From: an uncultured Gammaproteobacteria bacterium | GTDB lineage: Bacteria; Pseudomonadota; Gammaproteobacteria; Natronospirales; REEB76 | Assembly: GCA_964584665.1 (NCBI GenBank) | Contig: CAZPAO010000001.1 | Coordinates: 83,681 to 147,680, forward strand | DNA: 64,000 bases | Direction of reading: 5' to 3' | Part shown: piece by piece, positions 17,652 to 27,013 of the stretch | Position numbering within the stretch: the first letter of the stretch is position 1 | Layout: every line of letters starts with the position of its first letter | Made by a program: the position numbers and the translations under genes | The notes under the pieces: generated by a model | Databases searched by the model: none | Told to the model about the DNA's origin: nothing | Seen by the model: the letters and a program-made list of their open reading frames with translations, nothing else

Positions 17652-19900
17652 AGATCGATAACCTGTTGCGTGCAGATCTCTCGGATATCGCCAGCCGGGG
17701 CTGGCAGGAAGTCTGGCGCACCGTAGACCGCATGGCGGTAGGTGGAGCCGTGCCAGAAGGGGCCCGCAACCTGTCTCTATTCGAGCATCTGGCTCCGCAG
17801 CCGGTGGCGCGCCTGAGTCGCCGAAGCGACGGCACACCGCAGGACCCCGCCCAGGCTGAGTTCGAGCATTTCCGTCGCCATGGCGCGGTGCGGTTCTTCG
17901 CCGGCCCTGGTGACGCACGCCTGCCCCAGTTCTTCGAGGAACGCCTGCCCGACGCACGCCTCCGCAGCGTCGCCACGGCAGATGCGCTCTGCGACCGCAG
18001 CTTCAGCTTGCTGGGGCACCGCGCCCTGTTCCTGGATGCGCCCTTGGACTGGCACCGGGACGCGGTCTCGGGCCAGCGCGCGCCGCTGGTACATTGGAGC
18101 CGGATCAACCCTCTCGACGCCGAGCGGGTGGGGGACAGCAAGGTCACCTGGGAGCTCAACCGGCACCAGTGGTTGGTGCACCTCGGCCAGGCTTACCGCC
18201 TTACCGGCGACGAGCGCTATTCAGAGATCTTCGCCGCCAGCGTGCGCGACTGGATGCAGGCCAACCCGGCGGGCATGGGCATCAACTGGGCCAGCAGCCT
18301 GGAGGTGGCTTATCGCCTCATCAGCTGGTGCTGGGCCCTGAACCTGTTCCGCGATTCGGCGGTGCTCACGCCGCGCCTGTACGTGGAGATGCTGGGCTGG
18401 CTCAAGGCCCACGCCGGGCACGTGGAGCGCTATCTTTCACACTACTTCTCACCCAACACCCATCTCACCGGCGAGGCCTTGGGCCTCTTCTATGCCGGCG
18501 TGCTGTTCCCGGAACTGCCGCGGGCCGCCCGCTGGCGCAAGCTCGGCGCGAAGATCCTCATCCGGCAGCTGCCGCGCCAGGTGCATGGGGATGGCGTCTA
18601 CTTCGAGCAGTCCACCTGTTACCAGCGCTACACCGCCGAGATATACCTGCACTTCCTGATATTGGCCGAGCGCAACGACGTGACGTTACCTGATGCGGTG
18701 AAGCAACGGGTGGCGTTGATGCTGGACAACCTGTTGGCGGTCTGCCGTCCGGATGGCAGCATGCCGCAGATCGGCGATTCCGACGGCGGCCGCCTGCTGC
18801 CGCTGGCGCAACGCGGCGCCGACGACTGCCGCGACGTGTTCTCGCTGGCAGCGGTGTTCTTCAAGCGGCCCGATTATGCCTGGGCGGCCCGTGGCACCTC
18901 ACCGGAAGTGGCTTGGCTCTTCGGCACCAGCGGCTGCAAGGTCCTGGACGGCTTGCAGCCGGCGCCGCCCGCCGATGCTCCTTCACAACTCTATGCCGAG
19001 GGTGGGCATGCGGTGATGCGCAGCGGATGGGAACGCCATGCCCACCAGATGCTCTTCGACACGGGCCCCCTGGGTTGCCGCGTGAGCGGCGGCCACGGCC
19101 ATGCGGACCTCCTCAGCATCCAGTGCAGCGCCTTCGGCCAAGCCCAACTGGTGGATCCGGGCACCTACTGCTACACCGGCAACGCCCACTGGCGCGACCA
19201 TTTCCGGGGCAGTTCCGCCCATAACACCGTGGTGGTGGACCACAAGAGCCAGGCGGTGCCGGTGGGCCCGTTCTCCTGGCAGCGCCGCCCCGCGGCAAGC
19301 CTCAAGGATTGGATCTCGACCGCTGCCTATGACTATGCCGATGCGGAGCACGGCGCCTATCGCCGTCTGCGGGACCCGGTGCAGCACCGGCGTCGTGTGC
19401 TGTTCGTGAAATCGCGCTACTGGGTGGTGGTGGACGATCTCACGGGCGCCGATGCACATTCGGTGGAACTCATGTTCCAGTTCGCGCCCATGCCGGTCAG
19501 CCTGGATGCGGACGGCTGGGCCCGCAGCGGCGGTCCCAATGGGCGCGGCTTGTTCCTGCGGGCATTCTCCGCCGCCACCCTGCAAGCCAAGGTGAGCCAG
19601 GGCGGGCTCGATCCCATCCGCGGCTGGATCTCGCCGGACTACGGTCTGCGCGTGCCGGCGCCCGTCCTGAGCTACGCCACGGTAGAGAAACTGCCCTTGC
19701 GCATCGTCACCCTCATCGTACCCCGCGAAGCGGGGGAGACCACGCCGCCGGACATCACCGCGGTGCGGCCCGCCGGCAGCTCCCTGAGCCTGCTGTTCGC
19801 GGACGGACGCGAGACGGTACGGGTGGACGACGACCAGATCATGGTGGATTGCGCCGACGGCTCCTCCATCATCCCTCTCAACGACCGGAACGAGGCCTGA
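17648..19900 (+). CDS. Heparinase II/III-like protein (alginate-lyase-like N-domain plus Hepar_II_III C-domain)
   Basis: WELNRHQWLVHLGQAYRLTGDERY...INWASSLEVAYRLISWCW and GHGHADLLSIQCSAFGQAQLVDPGTYCY motifs. ATGA overlap with the upstream stop. Confidence 0.78.
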   Translation: MKIDNLLRADLSDIASRGWQEVWRTVDRMAVGGAVPEGARNLSLFEHLAPQPVARLSRRSDGTPQDPAQAEFEHFRRHGAVRFFAGPGDARLPQFFEERLPDARLRSVATADALCDRSFSLLGHRALFLDAPLDWHRDAVSGQRAPLVHWSRINPLDAERVGDSKVTWELNRHQWLVHLGQAYRLTGDERYSEIFAASVRDWMQANPAGMGINWASSLEVAYRLISWCWALNLFRDSAVLTPRLYVEMLGWLKAHAGHVERYLSHYFSPNTHLTGEALGLFYAGVLFPELPRAARWRKLGAKILIRQLPRQVHGDGVYFEQSTCYQRYTAEIYLHFLILAERNDVTLPDAVKQRVALMLDNLLAVCRPDGSMPQIGDSDGGRLLPLAQRGADDCRDVFSLAAVFFKRPDYAWAARGTSPEVAWLFGTSGCKVLDGLQPAPPADAPSQLYAEGGHAVMRSGWERHAHQMLFDTGPLGCRVSGGHGHADLLSIQCSAFGQAQLVDPGTYCYTGNAHWRDHFRGSSAHNTVVVDHKSQAVPVGPFSWQRRPAASLKDWISTAAYDYADAEHGAYRRLRDPVQHRRRVLFVKSRYWVVVDDLTGADAHSVELMFQFAPMPVSLDADGWARSGGPNGRGLFLRAFSAATLQAKVSQGGLDPIRGWISPDYGLRVPAPVLSYATVEKLPLRIVTLIVPREAGETTPPDITAVRPAGSSLSLLFADGRETVRVDDDQIMVDCADGSSIIPLNDRNEA

Positions 19901-19903
19901 GCC

Positions 19904-21835
19904 ATGTGCGGCATAGCAGGCATCCTGAAGTTCGATGCCACGGCGGCGGTGGAATACGTGCGTCTCTCGCGCATGCGCGATGTACTCGGTCACCGGGGAC
20001 CCGATGACAGCGGCATCGTGATACGCGGCCGCGCGGGTCTGGCACACAACCGGCTCTCCATCATAGACCTCAGCAGCGGCCAGCAACCCATGGCGGACAC
20101 CCATGGCGCCTGGATCAGCTTCAACGGGGAGATCTATAACTTCCGCGAACTGCGCAAGCAGCTGGAAGCGCGCGGTTGCCACTTCGCGACGAATTCTGAC
20201 ACCGAGGTGATCCTGCAGGCCTACCAGGTCTATGGCGAGGACTGCGTGAAGCATCTGCGCGGCATGTTCGCTTTCGCCATCTGGGACAAGAAGCGCCAGA
20301 AGCTGTTCCTGGCCCGGGACCGGCTCGGCATCAAGCCCCTGTACTACACCTCCAATGGCGGCGAGCTGGTCTTCGCCTCGGAGATCAAGGCGATCCTCAC
20401 TTCCGGAGCCCTGGCGCCGGCTTTGAATGAGGCCATTCTCCCTGAATACCTGGCCACGCGCTTCGTCGCGGGCGACGAGACCTTCTTCCAGGGCGTGCGC
20501 AAGCTCATGCCCGGCCATACTCTGAGTTGGACCCCCGTGGAGGGCCTGCGCCTGACCCGCTACTGGAAGCTGCCGGACCAGCTATCTGACGCAGACGTGC
20601 CCTTCGAGGAGCACGCGCGCGAAGTGCGCCGCCGCCTGGAGGAGGCGGTCAGCATCCATCTCATGAGCGACGTGCCGCTGGGTCTTTTCCTCTCCGGCGG
20701 CATCGACTCCAGCGCGCTCGCCGCGCTCATGGCGCCCATGGTCAGCAAGCCGATCCAGAGCTTCGCCGTGGGTTTTGCAGAGCATGGTTACAATGAACTG
20801 GACTACGCGAGGCTGATGGCGAAATCGGTGGGTGCCGAGCACCGCGACATCCTGCTCTCCAGCTCCGACTTCCTGCGGGCACTCCCGCGGATGGTCTGGC
20901 ACGAGGATGAGCCCATCGCCTTCCCCTCCAGCATCTGCCTGTACCACGTGTCGCGCCTGGCCAAGCAGCACGTCAAGGTGGTGCTGACCGGGGAGGGCGC
21001 CGATGAGCTGTTCCTGGGCTACAACAAGTATCGCGTCACTGCCTGGAACGAGCGGCTCGGCCGGCCGTATTGGGCCACCATGCCGAGAGCGGTCCAGAAC
21101 GGCATCCGCCGCCTGGTGCAGAGCTGCCCCAGGGGCGTGCGCCGCTACGCGGAGCGCAGCTTCCTCGGACCTGAGCCCGGTATCCGCGGGCTCTTCTACG
21201 AGAACTTCGCCGTGTTCCCCGCCGCGCACCAGAGCCGCCTGCTCACGGGCTCCGGTCCGCGCCGCGATCCCTATGCCGAGGGCCTGCGCCGCTATGCCCA
21301 AGCTCCGGGCGGCAGCCTTGAGCGCATGAGCCATGCGGACATCCAGACCTACATGGTGGAACTGCTCATGAAGCAGGACCAGATGAGCATGGCGGCATCG
21401 CTCGAGAGCCGCGTGCCGTTCCTTGACCACGAACTGGTGGAATACGTGGCTGCCATGCCCGCCAAACACAAGCTGCAGGGCTTCCAGACGAAATCGGTGT
21501 TGCGCGCCGCCGTGAAAGACATCCTGCCCAAGGAGATCCTGACGCGCGGCAAGATGGGCTTCCCTGTCCCGGTGGGGCGCTGGTTGCGCGGCAGCCACGC
21601 CTCGCTGCTGGACGAGCTGGTGCTCAGCCAACGCGCCCTCGGCCGCGGCCTGTTCGATTCCGACTATGTCCGGCAGCTCGCCGCCGAGCATAAGCGCGGC
21701 GATGCGGAGCACGGCGATCGCCTGTGGATGCTCATCAACCTCGAACTCTGGCAGCGGATGTTCCTGGAAGGTGAAGCCCCCGACGCGATCCTGGACGAGG
21801 CATTGTTCAATCCCAGCTTGGGTGTCGCGGCCTGA
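19904..21835 (+). CDS. Asparagine synthase (glutamine-hydrolysing) family amidotransferase, copy 2
   Basis: MCGIAGIL N-terminus and FLSGGIDSS PP-loop. 643 aa. Paralog of 12466-14385. Confidence 0.9.
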   Translation: MCGIAGILKFDATAAVEYVRLSRMRDVLGHRGPDDSGIVIRGRAGLAHNRLSIIDLSSGQQPMADTHGAWISFNGEIYNFRELRKQLEARGCHFATNSDTEVILQAYQVYGEDCVKHLRGMFAFAIWDKKRQKLFLARDRLGIKPLYYTSNGGELVFASEIKAILTSGALAPALNEAILPEYLATRFVAGDETFFQGVRKLMPGHTLSWTPVEGLRLTRYWKLPDQLSDADVPFEEHAREVRRRLEEAVSIHLMSDVPLGLFLSGGIDSSALAALMAPMVSKPIQSFAVGFAEHGYNELDYARLMAKSVGAEHRDILLSSSDFLRALPRMVWHEDEPIAFPSSICLYHVSRLAKQHVKVVLTGEGADELFLGYNKYRVTAWNERLGRPYWATMPRAVQNGIRRLVQSCPRGVRRYAERSFLGPEPGIRGLFYENFAVFPAAHQSRLLTGSGPRRDPYAEGLRRYAQAPGGSLERMSHADIQTYMVELLMKQDQMSMAASLESRVPFLDHELVEYVAAMPAKHKLQGFQTKSVLRAAVKDILPKEILTRGKMGFPVPVGRWLRGSHASLLDELVLSQRALGRGLFDSDYVRQLAAEHKRGDAEHGDRLWMLINLELWQRMFLEGEAPDAILDEALFNPSLGVAA

Positions 21836-21937
21836 CGCCGGGGTTTTACCCGCATCTGATTGCGGGGTTCACCGGATATCTTGCACGGGCTTTGGATGCG
21901 AGAGTTGCCGCCCGGGGATGCAGGTGCAACCCGGATT

Positions 21938-22735
21938 ATGTCCAAGGACGCGGCAGTGATGACTCAGAACGGATTCGTGGGCGGACAGCTGGGCTACAAG
22001 CTCCTGTGCCGCTTGGGACGCGAGGCGACCCGCGAGCAGGACCCCTGCGCTGGCGAGGCCTATACGGGCACCAGCAAGCTCGAGTCCCTGTTCGGCGAGG
22101 ACGTCTGGGACAGCGTGCAGGGCAGGACGGTGCTGGATTTCGGTTGCGGCACCGGCCGTGAGGCCATCGAGATCGCCCAGCACGATGCTGGCCTGGTCGT
22201 CGGCGTGGACATACGCCAGAAGCTCCTGGACGTCGCTACCGCCGAGGCGCGCGCCGCCGGGGTGGCGGATCGCTGCAGCTTCGGCACCCATACCTACGGC
22301 AAGTTCGACGTCATCTTTTCAGTGGATGGCTTCGAGCACTACCAGGACCCTGGCAAGGTGCTGCGCCAGTTCCACAGCCTGCTGCTTCCGGGCGGTCGGG
22401 TCTACATCGCCTTCGGCCCCCCCTGGCTGCATCCGCTCGGCGGACACCTGTTCTCCGTGTTCCCCTGGGCCCATCTCATATTCACCGAAGAAGCGCTGTT
22501 GCGCTGGCGCGCGGACTTCAAATCCGATGGCGCCCGGCATTTCCACGAAGTGGAAGGCGGCCTCAACCAGATGACGCTCAGTCGCTTCCGCCAGCTGGTG
22601 GCGGAGAGCGGCTTCGATGTCGAATCCCTGGAGCCCATGCCGATCAAACGCTTCCGGCGCCTCTTCAACCCGCTCACCCAAGAATTCCTCACCTCCGTCG
22701 TCCGCTGCGCCCTGGTGCGCCGCGAGACGGCCTGA
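21938..22735 (+). CDS. Class I SAM-dependent methyltransferase
   Basis: Motif I VLDFGCGTGREAIEIA. The start is uncertain among 21860, 21938 and 21959. Confidence 0.75.
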   Translation: MSKDAAVMTQNGFVGGQLGYKLLCRLGREATREQDPCAGEAYTGTSKLESLFGEDVWDSVQGRTVLDFGCGTGREAIEIAQHDAGLVVGVDIRQKLLDVATAEARAAGVADRCSFGTHTYGKFDVIFSVDGFEHYQDPGKVLRQFHSLLLPGGRVYIAFGPPWLHPLGGHLFSVFPWAHLIFTEEALLRWRADFKSDGARHFHEVEGGLNQMTLSRFRQLVAESGFDVESLEPMPIKRFRRLFNPLTQEFLTSVVRCALVRRETA

Positions 22736-22756
22736 CGGCAGGGTCAAGGCAGATAC

Positions 22757-23956
22757 ATGCGCATCCTGTGGGTCAAGATCGGCGGACTCTGGCCGCCCAA
22801 CACCGGCGGCCGCCTGCGCAGCCTCAACATCCTGTCTGAACTCGCCCGCGAGCACGAGCTTAGCGTGCTCACCACCCACGTCCCGGGGGATGACCCCGAG
22901 GCGCTCGCGCGGCAGCTGCCCCAGTGCAAGCGTGTGCTGTCCTTCCCCTTCGCGGCGCCGAAATGGCGTGACCCGCGTTTCCCCTGGATGCTGCTGAAGT
23001 CCTGGTTCACGAAGATGCCGGTGGACGTCTATAAGCACCGGGTCCAGGCGCTGCGGTCTGAAGTCGAGAAGCTGATGGCAGCGGGGGAGGTGGACCTCTG
23101 CATCGCTGACTTCGTGTTCGCCGCACCCAACGTCCCCTTGGACGGACCGATCCCGGTGGTGTTCTTCTCCCATAACGTCGAATACATGATCCTGAAGCGC
23201 CTGGCGGCGATCCAGGACAACCCGATCAAGCGCGCGCTGCTCGGCATCGAGTGGCGCAAGATGCGCGGCTACGAGGCGGAAGTCTGCCGCCATGCCAAGC
23301 TCACGGTAGCGGTCTCACCCCAGGACCGGGCGCTCCACAGCGCCGACGCCCAGGGCGCTGCCATCTTCGACGTCCCCACCGGCGTAGATACCGGTTACTT
23401 CAAGGCCAACGGCACGCCCGAAGATCCCGTGGAAGTGGTGTTCACCGGTTCCATGGACTGGCATCCCAACGAGGACGCCATCCGCCACTTCATCGACGAG
23501 ATCCTGCCGGCAGTGCGCCGGGAAGTCCCGCGGGTCGGCGTCACCATCGTCGGCCGCAACCCCAGCGATGACCTGCGCCGCGCCGCCAAGGCGGCCGGGG
23601 TGCGGGTCACCGGCACCGTGGACGATGTGCGCCCTTATATAGATGCAGCGGCGGTCTACGTGGTACCGCTGCGCATCGGCGGCGGCACCCGCCTCAAGAT
23701 CTTCGAGGCCCTCTCCATGGGCAAGGCGGTGGTCTCCACCACCGTCGGGGTGGAAGGTCTGCCCCTTGCTCCAGGGGAGCATTACCTGCGGGCCGACGAT
23801 CCCCAGAGCTTCGCCTCTGCCGTGGTCTCGCTGCTGCGGGACCCGGAACATCGCCGTGCCCTGGGCGATGCCGGCCAACGTCTCACCCACGAACGCTATG
23901 GCTGGCCCCAGGTGGCGCGGCAGTTCGGCGCGCACTGCGAGTCCGCCCGTGGTTGA
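22757..23956 (+). CDS. Glycosyltransferase family 4
   Basis: MRILWVKIGGLWPPNTGGRLRS N-terminus and C-terminal PLRIGGGTRLKIFEALSMGKAVVST signature. Confidence 0.8.
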   Translation: MRILWVKIGGLWPPNTGGRLRSLNILSELAREHELSVLTTHVPGDDPEALARQLPQCKRVLSFPFAAPKWRDPRFPWMLLKSWFTKMPVDVYKHRVQALRSEVEKLMAAGEVDLCIADFVFAAPNVPLDGPIPVVFFSHNVEYMILKRLAAIQDNPIKRALLGIEWRKMRGYEAEVCRHAKLTVAVSPQDRALHSADAQGAAIFDVPTGVDTGYFKANGTPEDPVEVVFTGSMDWHPNEDAIRHFIDEILPAVRREVPRVGVTIVGRNPSDDLRRAAKAAGVRVTGTVDDVRPYIDAAAVYVVPLRIGGGTRLKIFEALSMGKAVVSTTVGVEGLPLAPGEHYLRADDPQSFASAVVSLLRDPEHRRALGDAGQRLTHERYGWPQVARQFGAHCESARG

Positions 23957-24785
23957 GTTGCACCGCCCCGGCGTACCGCGAGTGGTGCTCATGTGCCATG
24001 AGGGCGACCGCATCGACACCGAAGGCCTCACTGCCTGGATCGCCACCAGCATGGATCTGGTGGGTGTCATCAAGCTGCGCGAAGGCCGTGAGCGGATGTG
24101 GCAGCGGGTCCGCCGCGAGATCCGCCGCGTGGGCCTGCTGCGTTTCCTGGACGTATTGGCCTTCCGGCTCTACTACAAGGTCTTCCTGGCTCGCCGCGAT
24201 ACTGAATGGATGGAAGACGAACTCGCGCGCCTGCATGCGCGCTATCCGGTCGATCCTACCGGCGTCATGACCCTCGTCACCAGCGAGCCCAACGGGGCCG
24301 CCGTGAAGTCATTCCTGAAATGGCTGAAGCCGGATCTCATGGTGGCCCGCTGCAAGACCATCCTGAAGCAGGACATTTTCAGCCTGCCGCGCCACGGCAC
24401 CTATGTACTGCATCCCGGCATCTGCCCCGAATACCGCAATGCCCATGGCTGCTTCTGGGCCCTGGTGAACCGCGACCTGGAGCGTGTGGGCATGACCCTG
24501 CTGCGGGTGGATCCGGGTGTGGACACGGGCCCGATGCTGCTGCAGTCCTCCTACGGGTTCGATGAGCTCAAGGAATCCCATACGGTGATGCAGTACCGGG
24601 TGGTGCTGGAGAACCTGGACAAGGTCGCCGAGCAGCTCAAGGCCGCCTGGCGCGGCCATTCTGAGCCCCTACCGGTGGCCAAGCGCAAGTCCGCCACCTG
24701 GGGCCAGCCCTGGTTGAGCGCCTACCTGCGCTGGAAGCACGCGGCGCGGCGCAGCGGCGCCCAGCAGCAGCGGGCCACGTCATGA
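23949..24785 (+). CDS. Formyltransferase-like protein (Fmt/ArnA N-domain family) with a variant active-site motif
   Basis: VLHPGICPEYRNAHGCFWAL...VDPGVDTGPML aligns to the family segment HxSLLPxYRG...D.G.DTG. A GTG start at 23949 overlaps the upstream stop. ATG 23991 is an alternative but would remove the first beta-strand. Confidence 0.6.
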   Translation: MVELHRPGVPRVVLMCHEGDRIDTEGLTAWIATSMDLVGVIKLREGRERMWQRVRREIRRVGLLRFLDVLAFRLYYKVFLARRDTEWMEDELARLHARYPVDPTGVMTLVTSEPNGAAVKSFLKWLKPDLMVARCKTILKQDIFSLPRHGTYVLHPGICPEYRNAHGCFWALVNRDLERVGMTLLRVDPGVDTGPMLLQSSYGFDELKESHTVMQYRVVLENLDKVAEQLKAAWRGHSEPLPVAKRKSATWGQPWLSAYLRWKHAARRSGAQQQRATS

Positions 24786-25585
24786 AGCGCCTGCTCTCGC
24801 TGCTCTACCACGACGTCTATGCCGTCGATCCCACCGAGAGCGGCTTCGCCGGTGCCGGTGCGGACCGCTACAAGCTGCCGCTGCCGGAGTTCGATCTCCA
24901 GCTTGCGGGTCTCGCCTTCGTGCTGGACGCACCGCCGGTGGTGATCACACAACCGCAGGCCGAAGGCACCGAGGTGCCGGTGGCCATCACCGTGGATGAC
25001 GGCGGACTCTCATACCACAGCGAGGTGGCGGACCGGCTCGAGATGCGCGGCTGGCGGGGCCACTGCTTCATGACCAGCGACTGGATCGGCCGTCCGGGCT
25101 TCCTGGACAAGCATCACTTGCGCGAGCTGCACGCCCGCGGCCATGTGATCGGTAGCCACTCTGCCAGCCATCCGGCGCGGTTCGCCGCCTGCAAACCCTC
25201 AGAGATGCTGCGGGAATGGCGCGAGAGCCGCGCGGAACTGCAGGACGTGCTAGGTGCGCCGGTGACCACGGCATCGGTGCCCGGCGGTTACTTCTCGGCG
25301 CGGGTCGCGGAGACCGCCGCGGAGGCGGGGCTCACCACGCTTTTCACCTCAGAGCCCGAGACCCGTGTGCGCCGCATCGGCGGCTGCACCGTGCTTGGAC
25401 GCTACGCCATCCGCCGCGGTGACGACAGCGGCTATGCGGCGGAACTCGCCGCACGCAAACCCAGTGCCGTCTATGCGGCCTGGCTGAAATGGAACGGCAA
25501 GAAAGTGCTCAAGGCCATGCTCGGCGCGGGCTACCCGCAGCTCGCCGGGCGGCTTGCTGGCCTCGCCGGAAACCACGAACCCTGA
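24782..25585 (+). CDS. Polysaccharide deacetylase (CE4), second copy
   Basis: ITVDDGGLSYHSEVADRLEMRGWRGHCF and GSHSASHP motifs. ATGA overlap with the upstream stop. Confidence 0.75.
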   Translation: MKRLLSLLYHDVYAVDPTESGFAGAGADRYKLPLPEFDLQLAGLAFVLDAPPVVITQPQAEGTEVPVAITVDDGGLSYHSEVADRLEMRGWRGHCFMTSDWIGRPGFLDKHHLRELHARGHVIGSHSASHPARFAACKPSEMLREWRESRAELQDVLGAPVTTASVPGGYFSARVAETAAEAGLTTLFTSEPETRVRRIGGCTVLGRYAIRRGDDSGYAAELAARKPSAVYAAWLKWNGKKVLKAMLGAGYPQLAGRLAGLAGNHEP

Positions 25586-25630
25586 CCCCGCTGGAGCGGG
25601 GCATACAGATCACAACAGGAGATTAGAGAC

Positions 25631-27013
25631 ATGCGTATCAGCATATTCGGACTCGGTTACGTCGGTTGCGTGAGCGCCGCTCGCCTGGCGGAAGCCGGGC
25701 ACGAGGTCATCGGCGTGGACGTGAACCCGGAGAAGGTGGCCATGGTCAACGCCGGCATCTCGCCGATCGTGGAACCTGGCCTGGAGTCGCTGCTGGCCTT
25801 CACGGTCAACAGCGGCCGGCTGCGCGCCACCGTCTCGGCACCGGAAGGCATCGCCGGCTCGGACATGGCCCTCATCTGCGTCGGCACCCCCGGTTACAGC
25901 AACGGCCAGCTAAACGTGGACGTATTGCGCCAGCTCTGCGGCGAGATCGGCCGTGAGCTGCACCACCGTGACCAGCCTTTCGTGGTGGTGGTGCGCAGCA
26001 CCGTGCTGCCCGGCACCATCGAGGATGTGGTGATCCCGGCGCTGCGCGCCGGCATGCAGCGCCGCCACCGCTCCTGCCTGCGGGTGGCGGTGAACCCCGA
26101 GTTCATCCGCGAGGGCAGCGCCCTGCAGGACTTCCTGCAGCCGCCGTTCACCCTGGTGGGTTGCGAGGACGAGGAGACCGCCGGCCGCCTGCGCGAACTC
26201 TATGCCACGGTCGAGGCGCCGTTCGTGCACACCTCCATCAAGACCGCCGAGATGATCAAGTACACCGCCAACACCTTCCATGCGCTGAAGGTGTGCTTCG
26301 CCAACGAAGTGGGCGACGTGTGCGAGGCCTTCGGCGTGGAGCCGCAGGAAGTCATGCGCATATTCCGCATGGACCGCAAGCTCAACGTCTCCGAGGCCTA
26401 TCTCAAGCCCGGCTTCGCTTTCGGCGGCTCCTGCCTGCCCAAGGACATACGCGCGCTCACTTACGCGGCCCGCAGCGTGGACGTGGACCTGCCGCTCATC
26501 GGCCGCATCCTTGAGTCCAACAGCGCCCAGATCCGCCGCGCCGTGGATGCGGTGGTGGCCACGCGCAAGAAGCGCATCGGCGTCATCGGCCTCTCCTTCA
26601 AGCCGGGCACCGACGACCTGCGCGAGAGCCCCATGGTCACGCTGGTAGAGACGCTCATCGGCAAGGGCCTGGACGTGCGCATCCTCGATCATAACGTCTC
26701 AGTCGCGCGCCTGACTGGAGCCAACCGCCGTTACATCGAAGAAGAAATCCCGCATATCGCCTCGCTCATGTGCACCGAGGGCGCCGACCTCCTGGTCCAC
26801 GCGGAGCTGTTGGTGGTGGGCAACGCCGGGGAAGAGACGGACGTCGTACTCGCGGCGGCGGATTCCGACGTGGACGTAATCGATCTCACCCGCGGCATCG
26901 CCCGCGCTAACCAGAAATCACGCAGCAAGGTGGATGAGTCATGCCAAGTACCGTCATCTTCCGGACCCTATACGCCGGCTTACTCGCCTCAGGTGTCGCC
27001 GGCCCGCTCCTGA
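25631..27013 (+). CDS. GDP-mannose 6-dehydrogenase (AlgD-like)
   Basis: The N-terminus MRISIFGLGYVGCVSAARLAEAGHEVIGVDVNPEKVAMVNAGISPIVEPGL is close to my recollection of Pseudomonas AlgD. Catalytic FGGSCLPKD is present. A ~24-aa low-complexity C-terminal tail overlaps the next gene. Confidence 0.85.
   Translation: MRISIFGLGYVGCVSAARLAEAGHEVIGVDVNPEKVAMVNAGISPIVEPGLESLLAFTVNSGRLRATVSAPEGIAGSDMALICVGTPGYSNGQLNVDVLRQLCGEIGRELHHRDQPFVVVVRSTVLPGTIEDVVIPALRAGMQRRHRSCLRVAVNPEFIREGSALQDFLQPPFTLVGCEDEETAGRLRELYATVEAPFVHTSIKTAEMIKYTANTFHALKVCFANEVGDVCEAFGVEPQEVMRIFRMDRKLNVSEAYLKPGFAFGGSCLPKDIRALTYAARSVDVDLPLIGRILESNSAQIRRAVDAVVATRKKRIGVIGLSFKPGTDDLRESPMVTLVETLIGKGLDVRILDHNVSVARLTGANRRYIEEEIPHIASLMCTEGADLLVHAELLVVGNAGEETDVVLAAADSDVDVIDLTRGIARANQKSRSKVDESCQVPSSSGPYTPAYSPQVSPARS

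Noticed and set aside
25586-25601. Hairpin CCCCGC-TGGA-GCGGGG after the second deacetylase gene, as an internal terminator of the EPS operon.
   Set aside because: The stem is short, no T-run follows, and the next gene starts 30 nt later with a good RBS. At most it is an RNA-processing or stability element.
25631-27013. Interpreting the AlgD-like gene as evidence for an alginate biosynthesis operon.
   Set aside because: None of the alginate polymerase, export or modification genes (alg8, alg44, algK, algE, algG, algX, algL, algI/J/F, algA) is recognisable in the window. The context is a Wzx/Wzy heteropolymer locus.
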